From: Pseudomonadota bacterium
GTDB lineage: Bacteria; Myxococcota; JACRCW01; JAFGSX01
NCBI GenBank assembly: GCA_043821645.1
Contig: JBDRCO010000062.1
Coordinates: forward strand, 1-10,651
Length of the DNA: 10,651 bases
Reading direction: 5' to 3'
Made by a program: the position numbers and the translations under genes. The notes under the pieces were generated by a model that made no database searches, was not told where the DNA came from, and saw nothing but the letters and a program-made list of their open reading frames with translations. Positions 1 through 7,248 of this stretch are shown here, piece after piece (position 1 is the stretch's first letter; each line of letters begins with the position of its first letter).

Positions 1-2803
1 TCGAGACATTGAGCCCGTAGGGAGCCGTGCCCGGCCTGTCCAGGTGTGAGCCGAGGAGCTGGAAAGCCAGAGAGATGGCCTCATCCAGGCCGAGGGCGCC
101 CGTCGCCACCTTCCGCTCGATGAACCTGGTCGCCATGGTGGAGATGGCATTGACAGAGCGGCCAGCCAGGTTGGTGCCGTCACCCGCCGCACCGTAATTG
201 ACCACCAGCGTCAGCTCGTCGCTGGAGGTGAAGGTCTGCGGCAGGTTGAGGGCCATGTTCTTGTAGGTGGAGGCCGTGCCAAAGCCTCGAATGAGCACGG
301 GTCCGTCGTGAGTGAATGGGATCTGCAAGCTGAAGCTGCCATCCTGGGCCGTCATGCTGTCGAGCACGGCGCCGCGGACGCCATCCGTGAAGTCGAGGGC
401 CTCGACGGTCACGTCAGACACAGGGGTGTCGAGGAACACGCGGCCACCGATGGTGCCGTCCGGGATGGTGATGACGTTGACGGTCACGCTGGCCTGTCGG
501 GCGTTGCCGAAAAGGTCCATGGCTGCGGCGGTAATGGTGAGGGGTCCTTCGGGGAGCCCGGTCGCGTCGAGCTGGCCTATGAGGTGGCCGGAGGTCCCGG
601 AGACCGACGAGGAGCGGCCCGTGATCCAGTCCTGGCCCCCCGCGAACTGCAGCGAGTACACGCCCTCGTTGTCCGAGGCGGTCACCGAGATGGTGACGGC
701 GCCGGCCACGTCGCTGCCACTCGTGGGTGTCACGAAGGAGATGGCCGGTGGAGCCGCATCCACGGCAACCGTCGGGTCGAAGGCCGAAAAAAGCTCCGAG
801 GTGTCCAGGGCCAGGGCGTCGAAGAAGCCACCGGCCACCGTGAAGTTCGAGGGCCTCAGCGCCGTCGGGTTGGCGGTCACCGAGGCGTCAGGAAGCGGCA
901 TGCTGGCGAGCCAGCGTGAGATCTCACGCGCCAGCTCGATGCGGAGGGTGTTGGTGACGACCTGGACAGCCTGGTTGGGCGTGGCGTGGATGGGGGCTCC
1001 GAACTCGTCGCGTCCGCTCAGGACGCCGGACGACAGGTCACGCTCGAGCAACTTGAGGACGTCTAGGGAGGGCAGCGCGGTCCTGGCGAGGCCCTGGGAT
1101 GTGGCGGCCGAGGCCCCCCAGCGAGACAGGCCGATGTGCATCAGACCCATGAAGATGCTTTTTGGCGGGTCTGACGACGAGCCCGTGGACAGGTCGGAGA
1201 CAGAAGTGCGGGCGATGTCGACGCCGTCGGGATTGGTGGTCCGCTCCAGGTGTTTTCCGAAGAGCTGGTAGGCGTGATTCATGGCCGTGCCGAGGTCCTG
1301 ACCGCCGGCCTGGAGAACGAGGCCAAGGTGCGTGGCCAGGGTGGTCAGGGCATTGACCGAGATGTCCTGATAAATGGCGCCGCTTTGGCCGTCGTAGTCG
1401 AGGAAGGTGACCAGCTCGTCGCCGGCCGTGAAGTACACGGGCTGGCCCGTGGCCAGGTCCAGGTAGCCGGACGAGGTCCCGAAGGCCCGGATGAGGATGG
1501 GCCCGGCGTGCTCGGGCATGGGGAGCGAGAAGTTCCCGTCCGTGCTGGCCTGGGTTGCGAGCACGGTCCCTCGGACGCCGTCCGTGAAGTCGAGAACCTC
1601 GACGGTGGCGTGCAGGACCGGGGTGTCCAGGGAAACCCGACCGTAGAGCGTGCCAGGGACGTAGGGCTCCAGGGTGAAGGTGGCGGTGGAGGTGGTCGCG
1701 TTGCCGTAGATGTCTCTGGCCTCGACAGCGACGGTCAGGGGGCCGGACGGGAGGCTGTTGCCATCGACGGTGGCCCTGACCTCGCGGGTGGTGCCGTTGT
1801 GCGACTCCTGCCTGCTCGTCAGGAAGTCCTGGCCGTCCAGGAAGACGAGGGACTCGACCCCCGAAGGATCGTCGGCGCTGACCACGACGTCGAAGGTGCC
1901 GCGCACGGTGGAGGTGGGGGAGGGCGAGAGGAAGGAGATGGTGGGCCCGGCCAGGTCCAGCTCGGTACCCTCGACGCTGAACAGGGGATCCACGGTGGTG
2001 CTCAGGCACAGCATCAGGTCCTGGGTGTCGGCGGCGGTCACGCTGGTGCGGTTGACGTCGCCTTGCAGGAACTCCAGCAGGCCCCTCACGAAGCCCGTCT
2101 CGGAGAAGCGGAAGGTGCTGGCAGTGAACTCGTAGCCTTCGAGGATGATGCGGCCCGTGGTGCCCACCCCGTCGAACTTCATGTTGCTCAGCAGGTCTTC
2201 AGAGAAGCCCTCGACCAGGGTGAGCGGCGTGAAGCGGACGCCCGGCGTGTAGCCGAGGTTCTCGGAGATGACAGCGGCCTGGGCGGAGAGCCCGCCGAGC
2301 AGGATGCCGGCGAGGACGTCGCCGGTCAGCTCGAGGTCCTGCTCGCGCTCGATGGACGGGTCGACAGGGGAGGCCCTGGTGACGTCCAGGTCCGGGGAGC
2401 TGCAGGTCAGGAAGCTGTCGAGGTCGATGGTGGCCTTGGTGAAGGCGTCCTTCAGGGACAGGGAATAGACGAGGGTCAGGTACTGCATCTCGATGTTCAC
2501 GAGATGGGTCCAGGGAGTGATGGCAAAGGTCATCGACGTGCCGACCTCGGGGAGGTAGGCGCACAGCTCGAAGTCCTCGAAGCGCACCAGGGAACCGGTC
2601 ACGAGGTCGGAGAAGAAGCCGCCACTGGCGCAGGCCAGGGCGCTGGTCCGCAGCAGCGGCAGGGAGACGCGGACCCGGCCCTGCTCGTCGGCCTCGGCGG
2701 AGGCGAGAAGCTCTCCGCGGGTGGCGTCGAGGCCGACGCTGTAGATGGACACCGTGGCCTTGCTCACCGGCGAGCCCATGGAGACGAGGCCGGTCAGCTC
2801 GGA
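1..2803 (-). repeat. Intragenic tandem protein modules (383 aa, 399 aa and a partial third copy)
   Basis: Module starts 2803, 1654 and 457 are in frame, 1149 and 1197 nt apart. The two Ig-like segments are also 1197 nt apart. Modules 2 and 3 share LDTPV, LDFTDGVRG, GP(I/V)LIR(A/G)FGT, DEL, SVNA and A(Y/F)QL(F/L)GxHL. Confidence 0.9.
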
Positions 2804-2881
2804 CCTGGCCAGGTCACCTATGGGCGGGGGAGGGCAGCCGACGAGGGCGACGATGGCAAGGCCAAGAGGCAGGCGACGCAT
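1..2881 (-). CDS. Large repeat lipoprotein with Ig-like domains, 3' end outside the window (>960 aa)
   Basis: Manual translation from ATG at 2881 (SD-like AAGGTGG upstream) is open to position 1. N-terminus MRRLPLGLAIVALVGC has a lipobox LVG-C16 followed by PPPP. Three homologous modules start near 2803 (SELTGLVSMGSPVSKATV), 1654 (GTLYGRVSLDTPVLHATVEVLDFTDGVRG) and 457 (GTIGGRVFLDTPVSDVTVEALDFTDGVRG). Ig-like segments DLAGPTISFLSP...DIYGN (~1957-1670) and DAAPPAISFVTP...DLFGN (~760-470). Third codon positions are strongly G/C. The ORF track omits it, presumably because no stop lies in the window. Confidence 0.93.
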   Translation of the reverse strand, partial: MRRLPLGLAIVALVGCPPPPIGDLARSELTGLVSMGSPVSKATVSIYSVGLDATRGELLASAEADEQGRVRVSLPLLRTSALACASGGFFSDLVTGSLVRFEDFELCAYLPEVGTSMTFAITPWTHLVNIEMQYLTLVYSLSLKDAFTKATIDLDSFLTCSSPDLDVTRASPVDPSIEREQDLELTGDVLAGILLGGLSAQAAVISENLGYTPGVRFTPLTLVEGFSEDLLSNMKFDGVGTTGRIILEGYEFTASTFRFSETGFVRGLLEFLQGDVNRTSVTAADTQDLMLCLSTTVDPLFSVEGTELDLAGPTISFLSPSPTSTVRGTFDVVVSADDPSGVESLVFLDGQDFLTSRQESHNGTTREVRATVDGNSLPSGPLTVAVEARDIYGNATTSTATFTLEPYVPGTLYGRVSLDTPVLHATVEVLDFTDGVRGTVLATQASTDGNFSLPMPEHAGPILIRAFGTSSGYLDLATGQPVYFTAGDELVTFLDYDGQSGAIYQDISVNALTTLATHLGLVLQAGGQDLGTAMNHAYQLFGKHLERTTNPDGVDIARTSVSDLSTGSSSDPPKSIFMGLMHIGLSRWGASAATSQGLARTALPSLDVLKLLERDLSSGVLSGRDEFGAPIHATPNQAVQVVTNTLRIELAREISRWLASMPLPDASVTANPTALRPSNFTVAGGFFDALALDTSELFSAFDPTVAVDAAPPAISFVTPTSGSDVAGAVTISVTASDNEGVYSLQFAGGQDWITGRSSSVSGTSGHLIGQLDATGLPEGPLTITAAAMDLFGNARQASVTVNVITIPDGTIGGRVFLDTPVSDVTVEALDFTDGVRGAVLDSMTAQDGSFSLQIPFTHDGPVLIRGFGTASTYKNMALNLPQTFTSSDELTLVVNYGAAGDGTNLAGRSVNAISTMATRFIERKVATGALGLDEAISLAFQLLGSHLDRPGTAPYGLNVS

Positions 2882-2928
2882 GGAGCCACCTTGAGTGAAA
2901 CGGGTGAAACGAGCTGTGTCCGGGTCGC

Positions 2929-3159
2929 CTACTCGACGCCCTCGGCCTTCTTGAGGGCGCGGCCGGCGTAGAGGACCATCCGGCGGATGGCCTCGGGCCT
3001 GAGGATGCTGACCTGCTCGCGCTCGGACAGGAGGTTGGCGTACCAGTCCACGTACTCCATGATACCGAGCGAGAGCCGGAGGTGGACGGGCTCGGTCAGG
3101 TCGTAGGGAGTCGCTTCCGACCTCGATGGTGCTTTCTTCGTGGTTTTGCGCGCTGCCAT
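2929..3159 (-). CDS. Small ribbon-helix-helix (CopG/Arc/MetJ-like) DNA-binding protein, 76 aa
   Basis: ATG at 3159 has GGAAAGG upstream, preferred over the track's start at 3222. MAARKTTKK basic tail, alternating strand VHLRLS, helix IMEYVDWYANLL, then LRPEAIRRMV, which matches the RHH (S)RSEAIR helix B pattern. Confidence 0.7.
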   Translation of the reverse strand: MAARKTTKKAPSRSEATPYDLTEPVHLRLSLGIMEYVDWYANLLSEREQVSILRPEAIRRMVLYAGRALKKAEGVE

Positions 3160-3176
3160 GGCCGTGGCCTTTCCGG

Positions 3177-3205
3177 TTGCGTTTAGTAGCATATGGTACC
3201 AGAAT
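3177..3205 (+). promoter_or_regulatory. Candidate sigma70-type promoter for the beta-barrel gene
   Basis: TTGCGT (3177-3182), 17-nt spacer, CAGAAT (3200-3205), in the AT-richer divergent intergenic region. A minus-strand TATGCT (3193-3188) could serve the RHH gene. Confidence 0.35.
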
Positions 3206-3238
3206 GTTACACAGGACACCACAGGGGATCAAGCACAG

Positions 3239-3922
3239 ATGGATGCTTCGCTGGCTGCACGGCTGTTTTTCCCCGTCCTCCTGCTGGCTCCCGGTCCCCT
3301 GCTTGGCGACGGAGGGGAGCTGGTGGTGAGGCCGATCCTCGGGGGTGAGGCAGCCTTCTTCGACTACCAGCGCGATGGGCTCAAGACCCTGGCGGGGACC
3401 CGGCAGCCCAGCAGCGGCATGGGGCGCTTCGGCGTGGCGCTGGGCTACGGTCTCATGAACGACCTGGAGCTGGGCCTGGGGGCCAGCCTGGGACTGACCG
3501 GAAGCCAGGTGCTGCGGTCGGTGGAGCTGGAGGGCTTTTCCGGGGACCTGTACGTGGACGTGCTCGACGTGTCGGTGCCGGTGACGCTTGGCTACCAGCT
3601 CAACTTCGGACACGAGGTGAGCGCCAGCGTCCAGGCTCAGGTGGGGGTGGCGTATCTCGGCTGGAACGAGCTGGCCCTGGTGGATCCCGGGAGGCCGGAC
3701 AGTGCCGGGAACTTTGCCCGTCTGCCCGTGGCCACGGTCAGGAAGGACCTGGTCGGGTTCGTGGCGGGTGCTGCAGTCTGGGTCGACTGGCGACCACTCG
3801 ACTGGTTCTCGCTCAGCCTGGGGCCGTATGGAGCGTTGAGGATGGCGGGGGAGACGCGGGTCATCTCGGCGGGGGTGTGCTTGCAGCCGGCGTTTGCGTT
3901 CGGGGTGGGGCCTTCGATCTGA
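3239..3922 (+). CDS. Putative outer-membrane beta-barrel protein (small, roughly 8-stranded), 227 aa
   Basis: ATG at 3239 (AGGGGA upstream) avoids overlap with the RHH gene. Hydrophobic N-terminus (LAARLFFPVLLLAP). Many amphipathic Gly/aromatic strands with short turns: RFGVALGYGLMNDLELGLGASL, VSVPVTLGYQLNF, SVQAQVGVAY, FVAGAAVWVDWRPLDWFSLSLGPY, SAGVCLQPAFAF. Confidence 0.75.
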   Translation: MDASLAARLFFPVLLLAPGPLLGDGGELVVRPILGGEAAFFDYQRDGLKTLAGTRQPSSGMGRFGVALGYGLMNDLELGLGASLGLTGSQVLRSVELEGFSGDLYVDVLDVSVPVTLGYQLNFGHEVSASVQAQVGVAYLGWNELALVDPGRPDSAGNFARLPVATVRKDLVGFVAGAAVWVDWRPLDWFSLSLGPYGALRMAGETRVISAGVCLQPAFAFGVGPSI

Positions 3923-4004
3923 GGCAAGTGGCATGTATTTCTATGAACACGACCTGGGAGTACTGTTCAGATTGGCGTTCTGAATCAACGGGGAGGGGAT
4001 GCAC

Positions 4005-4376
4005 ATGCTGTCACGCGTACTGGTTCCTCTTGCACACCTTCTTGCGGGCTGGATGCTCCTGTTGACGGGCTGCGAGGTCTCCTCCGACCTCGTGGCTCGC
4101 AAGCAGGCCGAGATGGACAAGGGCAAGGAGATCGCGAAGCAGCAGGAGCTGGCAGCGCAGCAGCCGATTCGCGATTTCCTGGCCAAGAAACTGGGCATGA
4201 CCGGGGAGGTGGCCGGCAAGCTCGACATCACGGTCATCGACGAGTGGGCCAGCGCCAGGGATGACAAGGGGATGAAGTTCATCTGCAAGAAGGTGCAGGG
4301 CGAATGGACCCTGTTGAGTGCTGGCACGAAGGCTGACCTTCCGGAAGGGGCGCCGTGGGGGCTTGCGGTGGAATGA
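4005..4376 (+). CDS. Small lipoprotein of unknown function, 123 aa
   Basis: GGGAGGGG SD spaced correctly for ATG 4005; ATG 3999 abuts the SD. Lipobox LTG-C, then a charged helix (RKQAEMDKGKEIAKQQE) and a small alpha/beta domain (DEWASA...FICKKVQGEWTLLSAGT). Confidence 0.8.
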   Translation: MLSRVLVPLAHLLAGWMLLLTGCEVSSDLVARKQAEMDKGKEIAKQQELAAQQPIRDFLAKKLGMTGEVAGKLDITVIDEWASARDDKGMKFICKKVQGEWTLLSAGTKADLPEGAPWGLAVE

Positions 4377-4543
4377 GGACGTGGTCCCGCAGGTAGAGCA
4401 GCCTTTTCTTCCACTGGCTGGGAGCCATGTCGACAGCCCACCTTGCGGTGCACGTCGACGGGCTCGGCCTAAAATTCCAGACAGGCTCAAGCGATCAGGA
4501 TGGCTGGGGGTGTCCGGAATCCGGTTGCCTCTGGAATCCGACG

Positions 4544-6559
4544 TCAATTCTCCGGAGCGTTGGAGACAACGACATCAGGGAACAGCTCGCCCCCATCCGG
4601 GGCTGTCCGGGTGGCGTCTTGCAGGGTCGTTACGTCACCGAAGGTCAGGTCGCGTGAAGCCTGTAACTCGATGAGTGTTCTCCCAGGAGCCTCTGCCTTG
4701 AGCTGGGTGAGTTTCTGAACCAGGTTCTTCATGAAGACCGGATCGCGGACCTGAGCTCTCTTGATGGGGGGATGCCCGGCCGCATGGATGGTGCCCGGTG
4801 AGGCACCCGCGGCAACCGCAGTTGATGTTGCCCCGGCGATGACAACACTCAGGTCTCCGAAAACGGTGGCTCGCGGTTCCTCGATGCCAAACTTGCTGGG
4901 GGAAGCAAGAAGGGCCAGCAGGCCCTTGCCCGCGACCTTGCGCACGATGCCGGCCTTTTCATGCCCCACGGTGGCACTTGCCGGGCCTCCGGTATCTGGC
5001 CCGGCCTGCATGCTGCTGCCCGCTGTCAGCTTCTCCACAGGGAAGGTGCCGACCGGGGCTACTCCACCGATGCTCGGTGCGGCGATGTTCACACAAACCG
5101 GGCCAGGATCTGTCCCGGCGAGAAGCGGCAGGCCATGCACCAGACCAAAGCTGGGGGGTGCATCGGTGGATCTTCTCAGGAGCTTGAAGTTGCCGTACTC
5201 CGCCTGGCCAGCCGAGTACATGATCTCGGAGACCGTGCGGTAGGGCAGATCCTCGTCGAGGGCGAGCAGGATGATGCCCTTGAATACTCGCGCCGGGTTT
5301 TCCGCGGCGTCCTGCTTTTCTCTTTCGGCCTGCCTGCTCAGGAGCGCGTGAAGCTGCGTGACGAAGTATCCGTCGACGCCATCCCGCTTGGCAGTAACCG
5401 GGAAGAACCCATCCTGCAGCTCTCCGACCATGGTGATGGTCCTCGTGCCCTCGCTGCCGGGTGGGCTGGATCCCACGAACTGCACAGCTTTCCTGGTCGC
5501 CACCACGATGGGCTCGTTCAGGTCGCAGACGAGCTGTGAACCCGAGGTACCCAGGTTCACCCCGGTCGATAGCAGCAGCCTGGCGGGACCGCTGGCGAGG
5601 TTGCTCAGCGCACGGCTTTGCTGCCAGCACAGGAGCACAAGTCCGGCGGTCGCTGCGAAGGTCAGGAGGTTCACGAGGGCGACAGCAGGGGCTGGCCTGA
5701 GCATCTGGGCCCGGGCCGCCGGATCTGCGCGGCGGAGAGTCCAGGCAAGCAGTGCGTAACCGACGACGACGACAGCCACAGCGGCCAGGGCCAGGTAGCC
5801 TCGGACTTCCAGGTGGTGGCCGAACAGCGCGATCTGGGAAGCCTGGGCTGCCAGCGTCAGTCGCTGGGCCTCACCCGCCGCCTGAAGCAGGTACAGGCCT
5901 GCAAGACCCGAGAGCGGAGCCAGGGCGATCTGGGACGAGGCAAGAGAGGCGGGGCGAGGGGTGCCTGCACCTGCCTGCTCGCCCGAGCCGGTCCGGGGGC
6001 CACCACGGAAGCCCACCATGGCTGCTCCGGAGAGCAGCACGAGCGCCGCTGACAGGGAGGGTATCTCCCAGGAACCATCGAGCTTGAACCAGCCCCAGAG
6101 CCAGAGGGCCGCGGCCAGCAGGCCAAGGACGAGCCAGGCCGAGGGGGCCCGGCGCGATCCGCCAGCTTGCGGTTCGCCGGCAGAAGTGGCGCAGCCGAGA
6201 GCAAGCGCTGCGACGTTCGATCCGAGCAGTCCAAGACCGAGCTTTGCCATCCACATGCCGTGCATGAGGAGCACAAGCGAGGTGAGCTGATCCTGAGGTG
6301 CTCCTGCAATGGCTGCTCGCGCCTCGTACAGAAGTGCAAGCACGACCCCCAGGCTGGCCAGAAGCGGCAGGCGGGTGGCAAGTCCACTCGCGGAGTTGAG
6401 GACCTTGCCCTGACGGCCGGAGACGAGAGCAAGGACAACTGCAGCGACGGTCGCCGCCATGATGGCCCAGAGACCCCAATCTTCAGGGCTCGGAGTGCCT
6501 TGAAGGGCAAGCCCTGCCACGACCACGACACCGAGCGGTGCAAGCCAGCACAGGCGCAT
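4544..6559 (-). CDS. Polytopic inner-membrane protein with degenerate MotA/TolQ/ExbB-like segments and two C-terminal ExbD/TolR-type periplasmic domains (AglS-like and AglQ-like), 671 aa
   Basis: ATG 6559 with SD AGGGGGA. About 9 hydrophobic segments in aa 1-312. ExbD-type signature IILLALDEDLPYRTVSEIMYSAGQAEYGNFKL (aa 429-460). Second signature IELQASRDLTFGDVTTLQDATR...GELFPDVVVS (aa 630-666). Confidence 0.8.
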   Translation of the reverse strand: MRLCWLAPLGVVVVAGLALQGTPSPEDWGLWAIMAATVAAVVLALVSGRQGKVLNSASGLATRLPLLASLGVVLALLYEARAAIAGAPQDQLTSLVLLMHGMWMAKLGLGLLGSNVAALALGCATSAGEPQAGGSRRAPSAWLVLGLLAAALWLWGWFKLDGSWEIPSLSAALVLLSGAAMVGFRGGPRTGSGEQAGAGTPRPASLASSQIALAPLSGLAGLYLLQAAGEAQRLTLAAQASQIALFGHHLEVRGYLALAAVAVVVVGYALLAWTLRRADPAARAQMLRPAPAVALVNLLTFAATAGLVLLCWQQSRALSNLASGPARLLLSTGVNLGTSGSQLVCDLNEPIVVATRKAVQFVGSSPPGSEGTRTITMVGELQDGFFPVTAKRDGVDGYFVTQLHALLSRQAEREKQDAAENPARVFKGIILLALDEDLPYRTVSEIMYSAGQAEYGNFKLLRRSTDAPPSFGLVHGLPLLAGTDPGPVCVNIAAPSIGGVAPVGTFPVEKLTAGSSMQAGPDTGGPASATVGHEKAGIVRKVAGKGLLALLASPSKFGIEEPRATVFGDLSVVIAGATSTAVAAGASPGTIHAAGHPPIKRAQVRDPVFMKNLVQKLTQLKAEAPGRTLIELQASRDLTFGDVTTLQDATRTAPDGGELFPDVVVSNAPEN

Positions 6560-6592
6560 GGCCGTCCCCCTGCGAACGATGGATGGGGGGGG

Positions 6593-6601
6593 ATTCTAGC
6601 A
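6593..6601 (-). promoter_or_regulatory. Candidate extended -10 promoter (TG-C-TAGAAT) for the TolQ/ExbD fusion gene
   Basis: Minus strand TGCTAGAAT at 6601-6593, about 33 nt upstream of ATG 6559, leaving room for the SD. No good -35 seen. Confidence 0.4.
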
Positions 6602-6699
6602 GGGACCCGTTGTTGGCGGAGGAAGATGAAACAGCCTGTCTTTACCGCGAGTCGCGATCAGTGGATCTGCAACAGCGGGTACTTCCGAGTTGACCGCGC

Positions 6700-6708
6700 T
6701 GGTATACT
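6700..6708 (+). promoter_or_regulatory. Candidate extended -10 promoter (TG-G-TATACT) for the SH3-like gene
   Basis: TGGTATACT at 6700-6708, 37 nt upstream of GTG 6746. No good -35 seen. Confidence 0.4.
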
Positions 6709-6745
6709 CCGCGTGTCCATCACGTCCGCAACCTGGGGGGGTGCC

Positions 6746-7009
6746 GTGGCAGCACAGCCTCGCTCCGTCGTCGTGGCCAGCGTCCTGGCCGCAGTTGTTC
6801 TGGTCACGTCTGGCCGGGCCCTTGCCGTCGAGGAGGGGAAGCAGGCCGAGGTGGCTCAGGCCTCGAGCCTGTGGGTGGGGGATGGCAAGCCTGGCATCCC
6901 GGTGAAGCCTGGTGACGTCGTCACGGTGCTCAAGATCCGGAACGGGCTGGCGCGGGTCAAGCGGGCCAGCGACGGGGTCGTGGGGGATGTCCCGGAAACC
7001 GGGACATGA
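6746..7009 (+). CDS. Small secreted SH3-like (SH3b) domain protein, 87 aa, possibly truncated
   Basis: 3' part of track ORF 6167..7009, using an in-frame GTG at 6746 after a G-run. Signal peptide VVVASVLAAVVLVTSGRALA with an A-x-A cleavage site. Then VKPGDVVTVLKIRNGLARVKRASDGVVGDVPE, matching the bacterial SH3 pattern GxxVxVL..NGWxxV...DGxxGWV. Confidence 0.6.
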   Translation: MAAQPRSVVVASVLAAVVLVTSGRALAVEEGKQAEVAQASSLWVGDGKPGIPVKPGDVVTVLKIRNGLARVKRASDGVVGDVPETGT

Positions 7010-7248
7010 TGCTGACTCTGACCTGGGCTGTCTGGGTCGGCACGAGGCCTGGCGTCGGTCAGGCCGCCTCGACCTGGCGCTCGTCGGAGGCGGGAGCCGC
7101 CAGTGGGTCAGACTTCCGGACACCGCCGTAACAACCCGAGCCCTGCGCCCACGGTGGCAACCCGCTGTGGCTGGCACCTCGACGGGGTCACGCCCGTCTG
7201 AACCGCCAAGAGGTATCTGGATGATGCCCGGGAGGTCGGCCGCGCAGG

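Noticed and set aside
308-2971. Long plus-strand ORFs (308..919, 312..1271, 1250..2971, 1710..2135) and off-frame minus ORFs (1038..2009, 2199..2564)
   Set aside because: They are shadows of the real minus-strand lipoprotein frame, which has a lipobox, repeated modules and G/C third positions. Their translations show no recognisable motifs.
3929-3943. TGGCATG as a sigma54 -24 element (also TGGCACG on the minus strand near 9302)
   Set aside because: Neither has the required GC at -12 (GG-N10-GC).
4377-4543. Convergent intergenic region with duplicated GGAATCCG, possible terminator or small ORFs
   Set aside because: No strong hairpin with a U-tract was found, and the small ORFs lack convincing starts or motifs.
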